A stretch of DNA of 64,000 nt from Candidatus Calescibacterium sp. (GCA_025059235.1 JANXCV010000003.1:131509-195508), one strand, 5' to 3'. Positions 10,714-20,635 are shown, counted from the first letter of the stretch. The notes: a model not told the origin generated them from the sequence alone. Made by a program: numbers and translations.

Positions 10714-10737
10714 TTGTTCGTAGGTTTTCAAAATATA

Positions 10738-11208
10738 TTATTTATCTGAATTTTGTGGATTTGTGAGGTTATTCATAATTGAGTATATTGCAGCACCAAT
10801 AAGCGTTCCGACAACAAATCCTCCTAAAGTAGATATTAGTTTGTACTTGAATGAGTCTAGATTTTTATATTTGTTTACCACTTCTTCTAACTTTTTGTAT
10901 GCTTCTGGATTTTCTTCTTTGTCCCATATATATACCTTTTCTACGCTTGGATCTTGTAGAGATTGTCCTTTGGTAGCTACTTTGCCTTCTTTATATAGAT
11001 CTTTATCCCATATTATTCCGTGCTTATCAAGTTCTGATTTAATTGCTATTTCTTTTACAAGATCTGTTCCCTTGGTGTATCCGATTGTTGCTCCAATTAT
11101 TCCTCCGGAGACCATGGGAATTGCAACATCTTTGGAAATCTTATTTGGGTTAGCTTCTTTATAATTCGTGTTTGAGAATAGATTCTTCTTTATTTCCACT
11201 TTACTCAC
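10738..11208 (-). CDS. hypothetical membrane protein with two glycine-zipper-like helices
   Basis: The 156 aa ORF has hydrophobic Gly-rich segments MVSGGIIGATIGY and LGGFVVGTLIGAAIYSI flanking a charged central region. I recognise no family. Confidence 0.55.
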   Translation of the reverse strand: MSKVEIKKNLFSNTNYKEANPNKISKDVAIPMVSGGIIGATIGYTKGTDLVKEIAIKSELDKHGIIWDKDLYKEGKVATKGQSLQDPSVEKVYIWDKEENPEAYKKLEEVVNKYKNLDSFKYKLISTLGGFVVGTLIGAAIYSIMNNLTNPQNSDK

Positions 11209-11376
11209 CTTATTTGGGTTTCGATATATCCATAGTTATTATTGTTCTCTTATCATCTCATTTCCTATTAGAAATTGTTAAGAAATTCGTTAAAATTGGA
11301 ATAAAATTTACAAAAAAAATTTATGGTTAGTCAAAAGGATTTTTAGGTTTTCTAAAGAAATGGAATAGTAGTGAAT

Positions 11377-11448
11377 GCGGTAGTAGCTCAGTGGTAGAGC
11401 ACTACCTTGCCAAGGTAGGGGTCGCGGGTTCGAGTCCCGTCTACCGCT
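11377..11448 (+). tRNA. tRNA-Gly (anticodon GCC)
   Basis: The cloverleaf was read by hand. Acceptor stem is gcggtag/ctaccgc. D-arm is agctcagtggtagagc. Anticodon stem is ctacc/ggtag with loop ttGCCaa. T-arm is gcgggttcgagtcccgt. Discriminator is t, and no CCA is encoded. Confidence 0.95.
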
Positions 11449-11457
11449 TTTAAGGAT

Positions 11458-11490
11458 CTCCTCCCAAACCCTCCCCTCCCCCCTCCCTCC
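11458..11490 (+). other. C-rich, G-free polypyrimidine tract immediately 3' of tRNA-Gly
   Basis: The tract reads ctcctcccaaaccctcccctcccccctccctcc, which is conspicuous in an AT-rich background. See findings. Confidence 0.7.
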
Positions 11491-11509
11491 ATACTAAATC
11501 TTCAAATTT

Positions 11510-11842
11510 ATGAACAAAAAGGGCAAACTATATGAAAAAATCGCTTGTGAATACCTTAAAAATAAAGGATATCAAATAATTCAAACTAATTTCCGATCTC
11601 ATTTGGGAGAGATAGATATTATTGCTTACAAAGACTATTGTGTAGTAGCTGTTGAAGTCAAAGGAGGTAAATGTGCTTTCGATAAGATAGATAATAAAAA
11701 AATAAGAAAAATTATAAGCACACTTGAGCTTTTTCTTATGAATAAGAAAATAAAATTCAAATCAACAAGAATCGATGCTATATTTATCCATTCTATTTCG
11801 GGAAAGCTCAAACTATATCATATTGAAAACATAACATTATGA
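11510..11842 (+). CDS. yraN: YraN-family (UPF0102) putative endonuclease
   Basis: The 110 aa ORF has E..A..YLKNKGYQIIQTNFRSHLGEIDIIAYKD..VVAVEVK, the typical YraN/UPF0102 core. No obvious SD lies upstream. Confidence 0.8.
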   Translation: MNKKGKLYEKIACEYLKNKGYQIIQTNFRSHLGEIDIIAYKDYCVVAVEVKGGKCAFDKIDNKKIRKIISTLELFLMNKKIKFKSTRIDAIFIHSISGKLKLYHIENITL

Positions 11843-13251
11843 ACCATCTTCTTCTCTTTTGTTTTTGCTTTATTTTTTTATGCTATTTTCAGGAATTTCA
11901 TTATGTTTTTTTGATATATTTGGGCTTTCTGTTAAAATATTCGTACAAGAACCTTTATAGCTTTTTGATAAATACACTGTTATCGTCTTTAGTATTAGCG
12001 CTGAGTATAAATCTGTCAGCCTATGTGGTTGATAAGAATACGGAGTTTCTAGATAGAATGAAATATCAACCTGATTATGTTCAAGGTATTGAAAAATTGA
12101 CAATCCTCAGGATAAGAACGAGTTATGTTTTACTGGAAAATAATGAAAAAATAAGAATTGTAGCAAATAGAGGATTTTTTAAAGATGATAAGATAATCGA
12201 AGGATCAATTATTACTGCTTTTGTTCTTATGAAAAAGGAGAATCATCACTATCCGTTTACTTTATCAAATCGTATATCGTATAGAGTTGTATCGATTGAT
12301 ATTATTGATATCAAAAATGATGGTCTTATTCAGAAACTTAGGCTATATATTAGACAAAATCTTGATAAGTTAGGCGAAGGTTCTGAGTATATAAAGGGCA
12401 TCGTTTTTGGGTTTGAAGACTATAGTTTTTTTGAGAAAAAACAATTGATAGAAGCTGGAATATATCACTTCTTCGTAGCTTCTGGGTCAAATATCATCCT
12501 CTGTATGAATATCTTCTATTTTTTCTTTCACTTCATCTTTTCTATTTTTAAGCTAAGAAACCTGAAGCTTTTTTCTTATATTTGTTCTTGTTTTTTGACG
12601 TTTTTATATTGCTTAATCGTCGGTTTTGATCCACCACTCCTGAGAGCTTTCATCTTTGCTATCTTTGTAAATCTATTTGTAATATATCAAGTAAGAAATA
12701 CTCTTTTTTATAGTCTACTGATGGTCAGTTTAATATGGGTATTTTTTATATTTTTTGATTTTTATTCTACGCTTAGCTTAAGTTTTAAACTTAGTTTTCT
12801 ATCTTTTCTAGGGGTAATTTACATCGGAAACGTGATCAGAAATTTTTTATATAGAAATTTAAATCAAAAAGATTTGCTAAGTACAATTGTTACTTTCGTT
12901 CTAGATAATTTAGTTGTTAATTTGTCTGTTATGATTTTCATTTTGCCAATATTTTTGGAATATTTTGGTGTTTTTTATCTGAATGGGATTTTTAGTAATG
13001 TAGTCATTGCTTTCTTTATACCAATGATATTTTTATTTACACTGGTTTATCTTATATTCTTACCACTTCAGTTCATTGTTTTGTATGCTTTCGATTTTTT
13101 TGTCATGATTATTCAGTATTTTACCTACTGGGAACCATTGAAACTGGAATTAAAACTAGAGTCTAGATTTTATGAGTTTATTGCTATTTTGTATTATGTT
13201 GTTCTGTGCATAGCAGGAAATATTTTTGAATTCTTAAAAATAAAAAAATAG
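11839..13251 (+). CDS. ComEC/Rec2-like polytopic membrane protein (competence-domain type, no MBL domain)
   Basis: The 470 aa ORF is highly hydrophobic. The block AGIYHFFVASGSNIILCMNIF resembles the ComEC G..HL.AISG.H core. It overlaps the yraN stop by 4 nt. Confidence 0.6.
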   Translation: MNHLLLFCFCFIFLCYFQEFHYVFLIYLGFLLKYSYKNLYSFLINTLLSSLVLALSINLSAYVVDKNTEFLDRMKYQPDYVQGIEKLTILRIRTSYVLLENNEKIRIVANRGFFKDDKIIEGSIITAFVLMKKENHHYPFTLSNRISYRVVSIDIIDIKNDGLIQKLRLYIRQNLDKLGEGSEYIKGIVFGFEDYSFFEKKQLIEAGIYHFFVASGSNIILCMNIFYFFFHFIFSIFKLRNLKLFSYICSCFLTFLYCLIVGFDPPLLRAFIFAIFVNLFVIYQVRNTLFYSLLMVSLIWVFFIFFDFYSTLSLSFKLSFLSFLGVIYIGNVIRNFLYRNLNQKDLLSTIVTFVLDNLVVNLSVMIFILPIFLEYFGVFYLNGIFSNVVIAFFIPMIFLFTLVYLIFLPLQFIVLYAFDFFVMIIQYFTYWEPLKLELKLESRFYEFIAILYYVVLCIAGNIFEFLKIKK

Positions 13252-13258
13252 ATATAAA

Positions 13259-14350
13259 ATGTTCGGTATAGTAAAAGCCGAAAAATTACTTGTGAAATAT
13301 AAAAATAAATCGATTGGTTTATTGATGAATCAGGCAAGTTTTATTCAGGATGGTTTCGTATTTACTTTGGATTATCTCAGATCATTAGGATTCAATATAA
13401 GAAAAGTTTTAGCACCTCAACACGGATTATTTCCCATAACACAAGCAAATATGATCCCTTTCTATAGCTACTATGACAATATCTTTAAAATAGAAGTTGT
13501 TAGTCTCTATGAAGAAGGATATAGTTTTGATAAACAGAAACTCGAAGACCTAGATGTGGTATTTATTGATATTCAGGATATTGGGGCGAGGTACTATACA
13601 TATGTTTGGACTTCTATGCTGATTTGCGAAACAGGAATAGAAGTGGTCATTTTTGACAGACCAAACCCACTGGGAAATAAAAAAGAAGGAATCATATTAA
13701 AAAAAGAATTTTTTTCTTTTGTCGGCATGAAAAATATCTACAACAGACATGGAATGACTATAGGTCAAATCTTGGGAGATTATGAAAACGTAAGAGTAAT
13801 TGAAGGAGATTTTGATAAATCAAAAGACTGGTATGAACTAGGTCTTAAGTGGATACCTACCTCTCCAAATATCCCATCAATCGAAAGTGTATATTTTTAT
13901 CCTGGGTTTGCTTTGCTCGAGGCTACAAATATCAGTGAAGGAAGGGGAACTACCTATCCCTTCGAAGTCTTCGGAGCCCCATTTATTAACGAAGAAAAAC
14001 TTAAAAAAAGAATAGAATACTATAAACATAAGTATAGTATCCAGGGAGTAGAATTTATCTATCATCGCTTTGTCCCCACTTTCGACAAATACAAAGGTCA
14101 AGTATGCAATGGATTAAAGATGATTATAACTAACTATAAAACCTTCAGTCCCATAAAGACCTTTCTCATAGTTCTCAAAAGTCTAGTGGATCTACATCCT
14201 ACTGAGTTGAGATTCAATGATCCTCCATATGAGTACGAATACACCAGAATGCCTATAGATATACTTTGGGGAGATGATAGTTTAAGAAAAAATATATACT
14301 CTGAAAGGGGATTTGATTGCCTCCTAGAAATGGTTTCTACAGATGGATGA
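13259..14350 (+). CDS. DUF1343 family protein (NamZ/YbbC-like exo-beta-N-acetylmuramidase)
   Basis: Blocks present: IGLLMNQASF, DVVFIDIQDIGARYYTYVWT, VIFDRPNPLG, LLEATNISEGRGTTYPFE. This is the DUF1343 pattern. Confidence 0.8.
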   Translation: MFGIVKAEKLLVKYKNKSIGLLMNQASFIQDGFVFTLDYLRSLGFNIRKVLAPQHGLFPITQANMIPFYSYYDNIFKIEVVSLYEEGYSFDKQKLEDLDVVFIDIQDIGARYYTYVWTSMLICETGIEVVIFDRPNPLGNKKEGIILKKEFFSFVGMKNIYNRHGMTIGQILGDYENVRVIEGDFDKSKDWYELGLKWIPTSPNIPSIESVYFYPGFALLEATNISEGRGTTYPFEVFGAPFINEEKLKKRIEYYKHKYSIQGVEFIYHRFVPTFDKYKGQVCNGLKMIITNYKTFSPIKTFLIVLKSLVDLHPTELRFNDPPYEYEYTRMPIDILWGDDSLRKNIYSERGFDCLLEMVSTDG

Positions 14351-15026
14351 TCTAGAATTGTGGATAGACTATAGGGAAAACTACAACTTAGAAGCTAGGG
14401 ACGCTCTTATCGAAAAGTATATGAGCTACTGTTATTCCATAGGTTTGAGAATTTACAGAAGATATAGCGACTTTGTTAACTTAGATAAGGATGAAATATT
14501 CGGAATTACTTCTTTCTCTCTTATAAAGGCTATAGAGGCTTACGATCATACCAAGGGTGTACCCTTTATCAAATTCTTAAGTAAAGTAATGAAATGGTAC
14601 ATAAAGCAAGAACTATCAAAATATATGAATATTTCGATAAGAGATCAATTAAAGATATTCAAAAAGATCTCTGAAAATAAGAACAACGAAATGTTACAAC
14701 TCCTAATAAGCCTGTCATACAGAAACATGTATTCTCTCAATCACCAAACTCATAACAATCTCTCGATTCAGAATATCTTGAAAGATAATAGTATCAAACC
14801 GGAAGAAAATGTCGAATTAAAAGAGGTTTTTGTTATGCTTATACAAGCTATAGAAAATATACTCAGTCACAATGAAAAAACTGTTCTGAAAAAGATATAT
14901 TATGAGAATAAAAAATTATCAGTTGTTTCCGAGGAAATGAATCTATCAAAGCAAAGGATTAACCAGATTCATAGATCAGCCATCAAAAAAATAAGAAATT
15001 TCATAAAAAATAAGATTTCACACTGA
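14343..15026 (+). CDS. sigma-70 family RNA polymerase sigma factor (group 3-like, possibly FliA/WhiG type)
   Basis: The 227 aa ORF has a region-2-like stretch ARDALIEKYMSYCYSIGLRIYRRY..DEIFGITSFSLIKAIEAYDHTKGVPFIKFLSKVMKWYIKQEL. It also has a region-4 HTH, EEMNLSKQRINQIHRSAIKKIR. The FliA assignment is only suggested by size and genome context. Confidence 0.7.
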   Translation: MDDLELWIDYRENYNLEARDALIEKYMSYCYSIGLRIYRRYSDFVNLDKDEIFGITSFSLIKAIEAYDHTKGVPFIKFLSKVMKWYIKQELSKYMNISIRDQLKIFKKISENKNNEMLQLLISLSYRNMYSLNHQTHNNLSIQNILKDNSIKPEENVELKEVFVMLIQAIENILSHNEKTVLKKIYYENKKLSVVSEEMNLSKQRINQIHRSAIKKIRNFIKNKISH

Positions 15027-15063
15027 AAGGAATGGCAAATTGTTGTATAGAATAATAAACTGA

Positions 15064-16272
15064 ATGGAAAATATAAAATCTACAAAAATAGGAACTCTAA
15101 TAGATGATTTCATAAATAGGTATAGTATATCTGGTTCATTCAGTAAAGACCAATTCGAGAATCTGTTAGCTAAAGCCATCTTATCCGAAGATAGAGACTT
15201 AAGAAGAGTGGCCTGTAAAATCGTACGCAGACTAAGAATAAGAAACTTAATAAACTATATCAGAATCCTCCTTAATGACGAAGATCCCGTAATCAAATCG
15301 TTATCCCTCTTAGCTATAGCTCAGTTTAAAGATGAACAAAGCCTAAATAAAGTCGTAGAGCTATACTATAGCGACAACAGAATGGTAAAATCTTCTTCTG
15401 TTCTAGCTCTAGGTAGCATAGATAACCCCTCATTCCATGGACTAATATTCAATGCTCTAAATGACAAATTCGATGATGTTCGTGAAAACGCTATCATAGC
15501 TCTATCCTGGATAAACGATTACAGAAGTATACCAAAATTAATAGAAATCTACGATATCGAAAAAAATAGAAATATAAAAAACAGAATAATAAAAGCATTC
15601 TCTATACTTTCCTCCGAAGAAATAAACAGAAAACTATCTGAGATAGTAATCAAAGAAAACGACGAGACAATAATTTTGAGTGCAATCAACTCCCTCTATA
15701 AAAAAGGTATAACAAAATACTTATTGCTGGCTAACACCTTTCTTCTCAAAGCTCTAAATGATAATTATAAAAATAATACCTCCTCTGATCTTTACAGGAA
15801 AAATCTATATAACATAGTATCTCACAATCTATGGGAAACAAAACCAATTAGCCAAGAAGAACAAAGAAGCATATACAGAATTATTGAAGATGACCTAATA
15901 CTCAAATTCTATCTCAGATCTGATGAATTAAAAAAATTGGCCATAAACTCCCTTAAAAATCTGAACTTAAATTATCACCACCTAATGATTAAACTTTTCG
16001 AAAATCAATTATCCAACGTTATAAAAATGGAAATAATTAACTTCCTTTCTAGCTACAAAGTAGATAAAAATCTAAAGTTACTACTTTTGGAATTCCTGGT
16101 TGATGATGATAGAGTTATAAGAGAACAGACACTCTTTGCTATACTTGACAGTCAATTGATTAAACCGATCAAAAATCATATCGAAAAAAAAATCCTATCT
16201 ATGGAGCATAATCATCTGAAACTCATAGCTCTTGCCATCATATACAATAGTTTGGATAACTATACGGTTTAG
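15064..16272 (+). CDS. HEAT-repeat protein
   Basis: The ORF has repeated about 30-aa units of the PBS-lyase/HEAT type: DRDLRRVACKIVRRL, DEDPVIKSLSLLAIAQFKD, DNRMVKSSSVLALGSI, FDDVRENAIIALSWI. Confidence 0.6.
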   Translation: MENIKSTKIGTLIDDFINRYSISGSFSKDQFENLLAKAILSEDRDLRRVACKIVRRLRIRNLINYIRILLNDEDPVIKSLSLLAIAQFKDEQSLNKVVELYYSDNRMVKSSSVLALGSIDNPSFHGLIFNALNDKFDDVRENAIIALSWINDYRSIPKLIEIYDIEKNRNIKNRIIKAFSILSSEEINRKLSEIVIKENDETIILSAINSLYKKGITKYLLLANTFLLKALNDNYKNNTSSDLYRKNLYNIVSHNLWETKPISQEEQRSIYRIIEDDLILKFYLRSDELKKLAINSLKNLNLNYHHLMIKLFENQLSNVIKMEIINFLSSYKVDKNLKLLLLEFLVDDDRVIREQTLFAILDSQLIKPIKNHIEKKILSMEHNHLKLIALAIIYNSLDNYTV

Positions 16273-16313
16273 TAGGTATTTATTAAAACTTTTTGTAAAT
16301 ATAAAAAAGAGAG

Positions 16314-17015
16314 ATGCTGGAGTTTAAGAATGTATCATACATTTACCCCAAAGGATATAGGGCATTGACAAATATCAATCTTTTTATAGATAAAGGAGAA
16401 TTTGTTTTTTTAGTCGGTCCTGTTGGAGCAGGTAAAACAACTATTCTTAAGTTAATCTACCGAGAGATCACACCAACCGTCGGAAAAATTTTCTTCGAAA
16501 ATCAAGACTTATCATTACTCAGTCATCATCAAGTACCCTACTACCGCAGAAGACTCGGAATAGTATTCCAAGACTTTAAGCTCTTAAACTATAAAACCGT
16601 CTGGCATAATGTCTCCTATCCTCTCGAGGTCACTTTAGTACCTATGAAAGAAATAGTAAAAAGAGTTTTCAAGGTTCTTAAGCTAGTCGGATTGGTAGAC
16701 AAAAGAAACTTCTACCCGGATGAGTTATCCGGAGGAGAACAACAACAAGTAGCAATAGCACGAGCCATAGTAAACAACCCCTCTCTATTCATAGCCGATG
16801 AACCAACCGGTAACCTCGACGATCAATCCACTAATAAAATCATGGAAATAATTAACGAGATAAACAAAATGGGAACCACAGTAATAATGTCCACTCATAA
16901 CATGGATATCGTAACCAAATTCAATAAAAGAGTCGTGTACATACGAAACGGTATGATTATCGAAGATACAAAATACGAAAAAACTAGTGTATTATATGAT
17001 ACAAATATTGTATAG
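16314..17015 (+). CDS. ftsE: cell-division ABC ATPase FtsE
   Basis: Blocks present: [86 protein letters not shown]. The length of 233 aa fits FtsE. Confidence 0.85.
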   Translation: MLEFKNVSYIYPKGYRALTNINLFIDKGEFVFLVGPVGAGKTTILKLIYREITPTVGKIFFENQDLSLLSHHQVPYYRRRLGIVFQDFKLLNYKTVWHNVSYPLEVTLVPMKEIVKRVFKVLKLVGLVDKRNFYPDELSGGEQQQVAIARAIVNNPSLFIADEPTGNLDDQSTNKIMEIINEINKMGTTVIMSTHNMDIVTKFNKRVVYIRNGMIIEDTKYEKTSVLYDTNIV

Positions 17016-18915
17016 CATAAAACACCTCAACTCAAATCCAATCATAAAAAAATTGATAAATAGTGGGTATAGTATTTCGTCAATAAAAAGCCATGAGTTG
17101 AAAAATAGTGCCATTTTTATTACTGATAATCTAAATCATAAGGATATAGAAAAGATAACCAAAAGTAATATAACTTTTTTACAGATTCTCATAATTCTAT
17201 CTGAAAAAATTAACCTAGGAGAAACCTATACTTACTTCGATCATATAAACAGTATCATTAAGCGAAAAAATATAGATGTGCTATATCAAATTTATAGTCT
17301 CGAAAATCTTAATTTTGATGACTGTGTAGATAAGTTCATATCATATGTTCTAGATAAAGTATATGTTGGGTTACAGGATACTGAATTTGTAAATATACCA
17401 GTACTATTTGTTGAAAAACTAAAAGATTATCTGGTGATTGATGAAATTTACTTCCTATCTTTTAACCCGTTTAATGAATTGATAAAGTCTCATCCACCAG
17501 GCTGCCCAAGATATATAAAGGAAATGTTTAGAAAAAAAATTATTCTCTACAAAATAAATCGATCCACCGAAAATTTCTTAACTTTTGAAAGTAAAAACTC
17601 CACAGATTTCATGCTATTCTCTTTTTATTGCTCTGAAATGCTCTGTTCATTTGTAGCTCTGTATCTTAAATGCAGTAATATAATTCCCGATCCCACAAAA
17701 CCAAATATCCTACAAAAATTCATAAGAGTACTTGACGACATTAACAGTAAACTAGTAGTCTCCTACAGATTACAAAGAAATATAGAAGAAATAAGAGCTT
17801 TACATAATGTTAGTGTAGCTTTCGGAGCGACAACAAGCGTAGATGAACTAATACGCTTGATATTAAAAAAATCCAAAAGTGTGTTTAATGCAGATGTAGT
17901 TACTCTAATGCTAGTTGAAGATGATGAGCTTTACATAAAGTATTCCCTGGGATTACCAGAAAATCTAAGAGGGATAAGACAAAAAATCGGGCAAGGAATA
18001 GCAGGAAACGTAGCTAAAACGGGAAAACCAATCATAATAAACGATATCGATAAAGTTCAGGATAAATTTGATTTTGAAAGAAACTATAAGAGTTCGATCG
18101 TTGTTCCTCTCAAGGTAAAAGAAAACAAAGTCATAGGTGTACTAAGCGTCTCCAAACATAGTTTCTATCCCTTTTCTAAGAGTGATATGCAAACACTTGA
18201 AAATTTAGCTACTGTAGCTGCTAATGCTATAGAAAAAGCACAACTGTACGAGAATCTGAACATATACTCCCAAAAATTAGAAGAAAGTTACATCAATACT
18301 ATAAAGTCTTTAGCCAAAGCTTTTGAAGCAAGAGACAAATATAACAAAGGGCATATGGAGAGGGTTCTAAGGTATGGTTTGGCAATAGCAGCTGAACTAG
18401 ACAGCTCTCTCCTAAACGATGACGTCCTGAAATTATCCCTATTGTTCCATGATATAGGAAAAATAGAAATACCTGATAATATCCTAAATAAACCTTCTAA
18501 ACTTACCCCCGAAGAATATGAAATTATAAAGAGACATCCCGAAGCCGGTGAAGAAATACTAAAAAACGTTAAGTTCCTTCATGAAGTAGCTGAGATAGTC
18601 AAGCAACATCAGGAAAGATGGGACGGAAAAGGATACCCAAGAGGACTAAAAGGAGAAGAAATACACCTGTATGCAAGAATAGTAGCACTAGCCGACGCTT
18701 TTGACGCTATGACCAGTGATAGAGTCTATAGAAAAGCAATGTCTATCGAAGAAGCAGTAGAAGAAATAAAAAGAAACAGAGGAACTCAATTTGACCCCCT
18801 GGTCGTCGATGCTTTCCTAAGAGCCTACCAAAACGGTCTAATTAAACTCGATGAACAAATAAACCAAGAAATAGTAGAATCAATTAATATAAAGAGGCTG
18901 AAGGAAAAGTGTTAA
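16987..18915 (+). CDS. GAF domain / HD-GYP domain signalling protein (putative c-di-GMP phosphodiesterase) with an uncharacterised ~260-aa N-terminal region
   Basis: The GAF-like segment is DVVTLMLVEDDELYIKYSLGLP..GQGIAGNVAKTGKPIIINDI..SSIVVPLKVKENKVIGVLSV. HD-GYP motifs are HMERV, LFHDIGK and HQERWDGKGYPRGL. The true start may be a few codons downstream of 16987. Confidence 0.85.
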   Translation: MYYMIQILYSIKHLNSNPIIKKLINSGYSISSIKSHELKNSAIFITDNLNHKDIEKITKSNITFLQILIILSEKINLGETYTYFDHINSIIKRKNIDVLYQIYSLENLNFDDCVDKFISYVLDKVYVGLQDTEFVNIPVLFVEKLKDYLVIDEIYFLSFNPFNELIKSHPPGCPRYIKEMFRKKIILYKINRSTENFLTFESKNSTDFMLFSFYCSEMLCSFVALYLKCSNIIPDPTKPNILQKFIRVLDDINSKLVVSYRLQRNIEEIRALHNVSVAFGATTSVDELIRLILKKSKSVFNADVVTLMLVEDDELYIKYSLGLPENLRGIRQKIGQGIAGNVAKTGKPIIINDIDKVQDKFDFERNYKSSIVVPLKVKENKVIGVLSVSKHSFYPFSKSDMQTLENLATVAANAIEKAQLYENLNIYSQKLEESYINTIKSLAKAFEARDKYNKGHMERVLRYGLAIAAELDSSLLNDDVLKLSLLFHDIGKIEIPDNILNKPSKLTPEEYEIIKRHPEAGEEILKNVKFLHEVAEIVKQHQERWDGKGYPRGLKGEEIHLYARIVALADAFDAMTSDRVYRKAMSIEEAVEEIKRNRGTQFDPLVVDAFLRAYQNGLIKLDEQINQEIVESINIKRLKEKC

Positions 18916-19859
18916 GCATGGAGATGAATTTTGCTTTCCCCCAAATCTTTGTCACAGGTTTGCTTATTTTTCCATTAGTACTGATTTTATTTGTTATCCA
19001 TCACTTTTCCAATAAAAGAAGCTTATTCATTTTCTCTGAGGCTAAGCTCATCGATAATATTAATGTAAGTAGAATAGGCTTCCGAAAATTCATCGTTTAC
19101 TCCCTGGATATCTTTGTCATTTTTATTTTGTTTTTAGCCCTAGGTAGACCACAATATCCTATAACCTTACCCGTAAGCGGATACTCCGTAGGTATAATAG
19201 TGGATATATCCGGTAGTATGATGGCTACTGATTTCTTTCCATCTAGGATAGCTGTAGCAAAAGATGTAGCAAAGATTTTTATAAATAAGTTATCAGGTAA
19301 TTTTGAGGCCTGTTTGGTAACATTTAATAACAACGTCTTTGTTAACCAACCTTTAACTTCTTCCAAGGAGGATTTACTACTTTCTTTAACCAAAGTAGAT
19401 GCAGACTATGGAGGGACTGCGATAGGAGATGCTATAATGACAACACTAGCAGTTCTTGAAGGCTCCCAAATGCCCCACAAAGTCATAGTTCTACTTACCG
19501 ACGGTGAGAATAATTATGGAATAGACCCTATACAAGCAGCTCAACGAGCTAGAGATAAGAAGATACCAATATACTGTATCGGGATGGGAACACCCTCTGG
19601 AGCTTACATACCCGGTATTCCTTACCCCGTAAGAATAGATGAAACAACTCTGAAAGAAATAGCCAGAATTACAGGAGGAGAATACTTCTGGGGTAATTCT
19701 CCCTCTTCTCTCAAAAAAATATACTCTAACCTAGCCGAAAAAGTCGGTAAGGTAAAAAAAAATCAGGATATATCCTCTATATTTGCAGGTATAGCTCTCC
19801 TCTTCCTTATCATTAAAATCATGTTGAATGCTCTATTTATAAGGAGTGTAGAAATATAA
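18909..19859 (+). CDS. von Willebrand factor A domain membrane protein (BatA-like)
   Basis: N- and C-terminal TM helices flank a vWA domain. The MIDAS motif is IIVDISGSM, followed by GGTAIGDAI and VIVLLTDGENN. Confidence 0.75.
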   Translation: MLSMEMNFAFPQIFVTGLLIFPLVLILFVIHHFSNKRSLFIFSEAKLIDNINVSRIGFRKFIVYSLDIFVIFILFLALGRPQYPITLPVSGYSVGIIVDISGSMMATDFFPSRIAVAKDVAKIFINKLSGNFEACLVTFNNNVFVNQPLTSSKEDLLLSLTKVDADYGGTAIGDAIMTTLAVLEGSQMPHKVIVLLTDGENNYGIDPIQAAQRARDKKIPIYCIGMGTPSGAYIPGIPYPVRIDETTLKEIARITGGEYFWGNSPSSLKKIYSNLAEKVGKVKKNQDISSIFAGIALLFLIIKIMLNALFIRSVEI

Positions 19860-20635
19860 TGCCAGAGCTACCAGAAGCTACCACCATCTCAAGTCAACTA
19901 TCACCAATAATTAAAGGACTTACCCTGAACAATATTGTAATCAGAAAAAACAATATCATAAAAAATAAACATCTCCTGGCTAACCTGATTGGTATGAAAT
20001 GTTCAGAAGTATCTAACTACGGAAAGATGGTATATTTTAGGTTTTCTAGCTATTGGGTTGTTTTTCATCTTGCACTAACAGGATATCTCGTAGTCGATCC
20101 CCCTCAAGATCTGTATAAATACTCCGTCGCTGAGTTTCTTCTGGACAATAATATCGTTGTTTTTGGGGCTAAAAGAATGTTCGAAAAAATGATAGTGTAT
20201 GATAGTTATCCCTTTGACAAATACGGACCAGATTTCAGAACTATCAAACCAGTCGAATTTATTAAAATACTATCCAAAAGCAATAGGAATATAAAAATTG
20301 CTCTTATGGATCAGAAAACTATAGCAGGTATAGGAAATATATATGCCTGTGAAGCTTTGTTTAAAGCAGGAATTTCACCAACAAGAAATACAAGAAATAT
20401 CACAGCTCAAGAATATCACAAACTATATAACTCCCTAGTTGAAATTATTAACTTTGCAATACAAAAAAGAGGTTCAACTATAAGCGACTATATAGATGCT
20501 TTCGGTAACAAGGGAGAATATCAGTATTATCACAAAATATATGGAAAAAAGATCTGTCCAAATTGCTCATCCAAAGTAAAAACGATAAAAATCCAAGAAA
20601 GATTAACGTATTTCTGTCCGGTTTGCCAAAAATAA
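19859..20635 (+). CDS. mutM: formamidopyrimidine-DNA glycosylase
   Basis: The N-terminus is MPELPE. The H2TH block is IAGIGNIYACEALFKAGISP. The C-terminal zinc finger is CPNCSSKV..YFCPVCQ. Confidence 0.9.
   Translation: MPELPEATTISSQLSPIIKGLTLNNIVIRKNNIIKNKHLLANLIGMKCSEVSNYGKMVYFRFSSYWVVFHLALTGYLVVDPPQDLYKYSVAEFLLDNNIVVFGAKRMFEKMIVYDSYPFDKYGPDFRTIKPVEFIKILSKSNRNIKIALMDQKTIAGIGNIYACEALFKAGISPTRNTRNITAQEYHKLYNSLVEIINFAIQKRGSTISDYIDAFGNKGEYQYYHKIYGKKICPNCSSKVKTIKIQERLTYFCPVCQK

Noticed and set aside
11377-13251. Genomic island or prophage remnant integrated at tRNA-Gly (and likewise at tRNA-Ala, 49665..50286)
   Set aside because: There is no integrase, recombinase or phage-like gene, and I saw no duplicated tRNA 3' segment. 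The flanking genes (yraN, comEC-like, prmA, bamA) are ordinary core genes.
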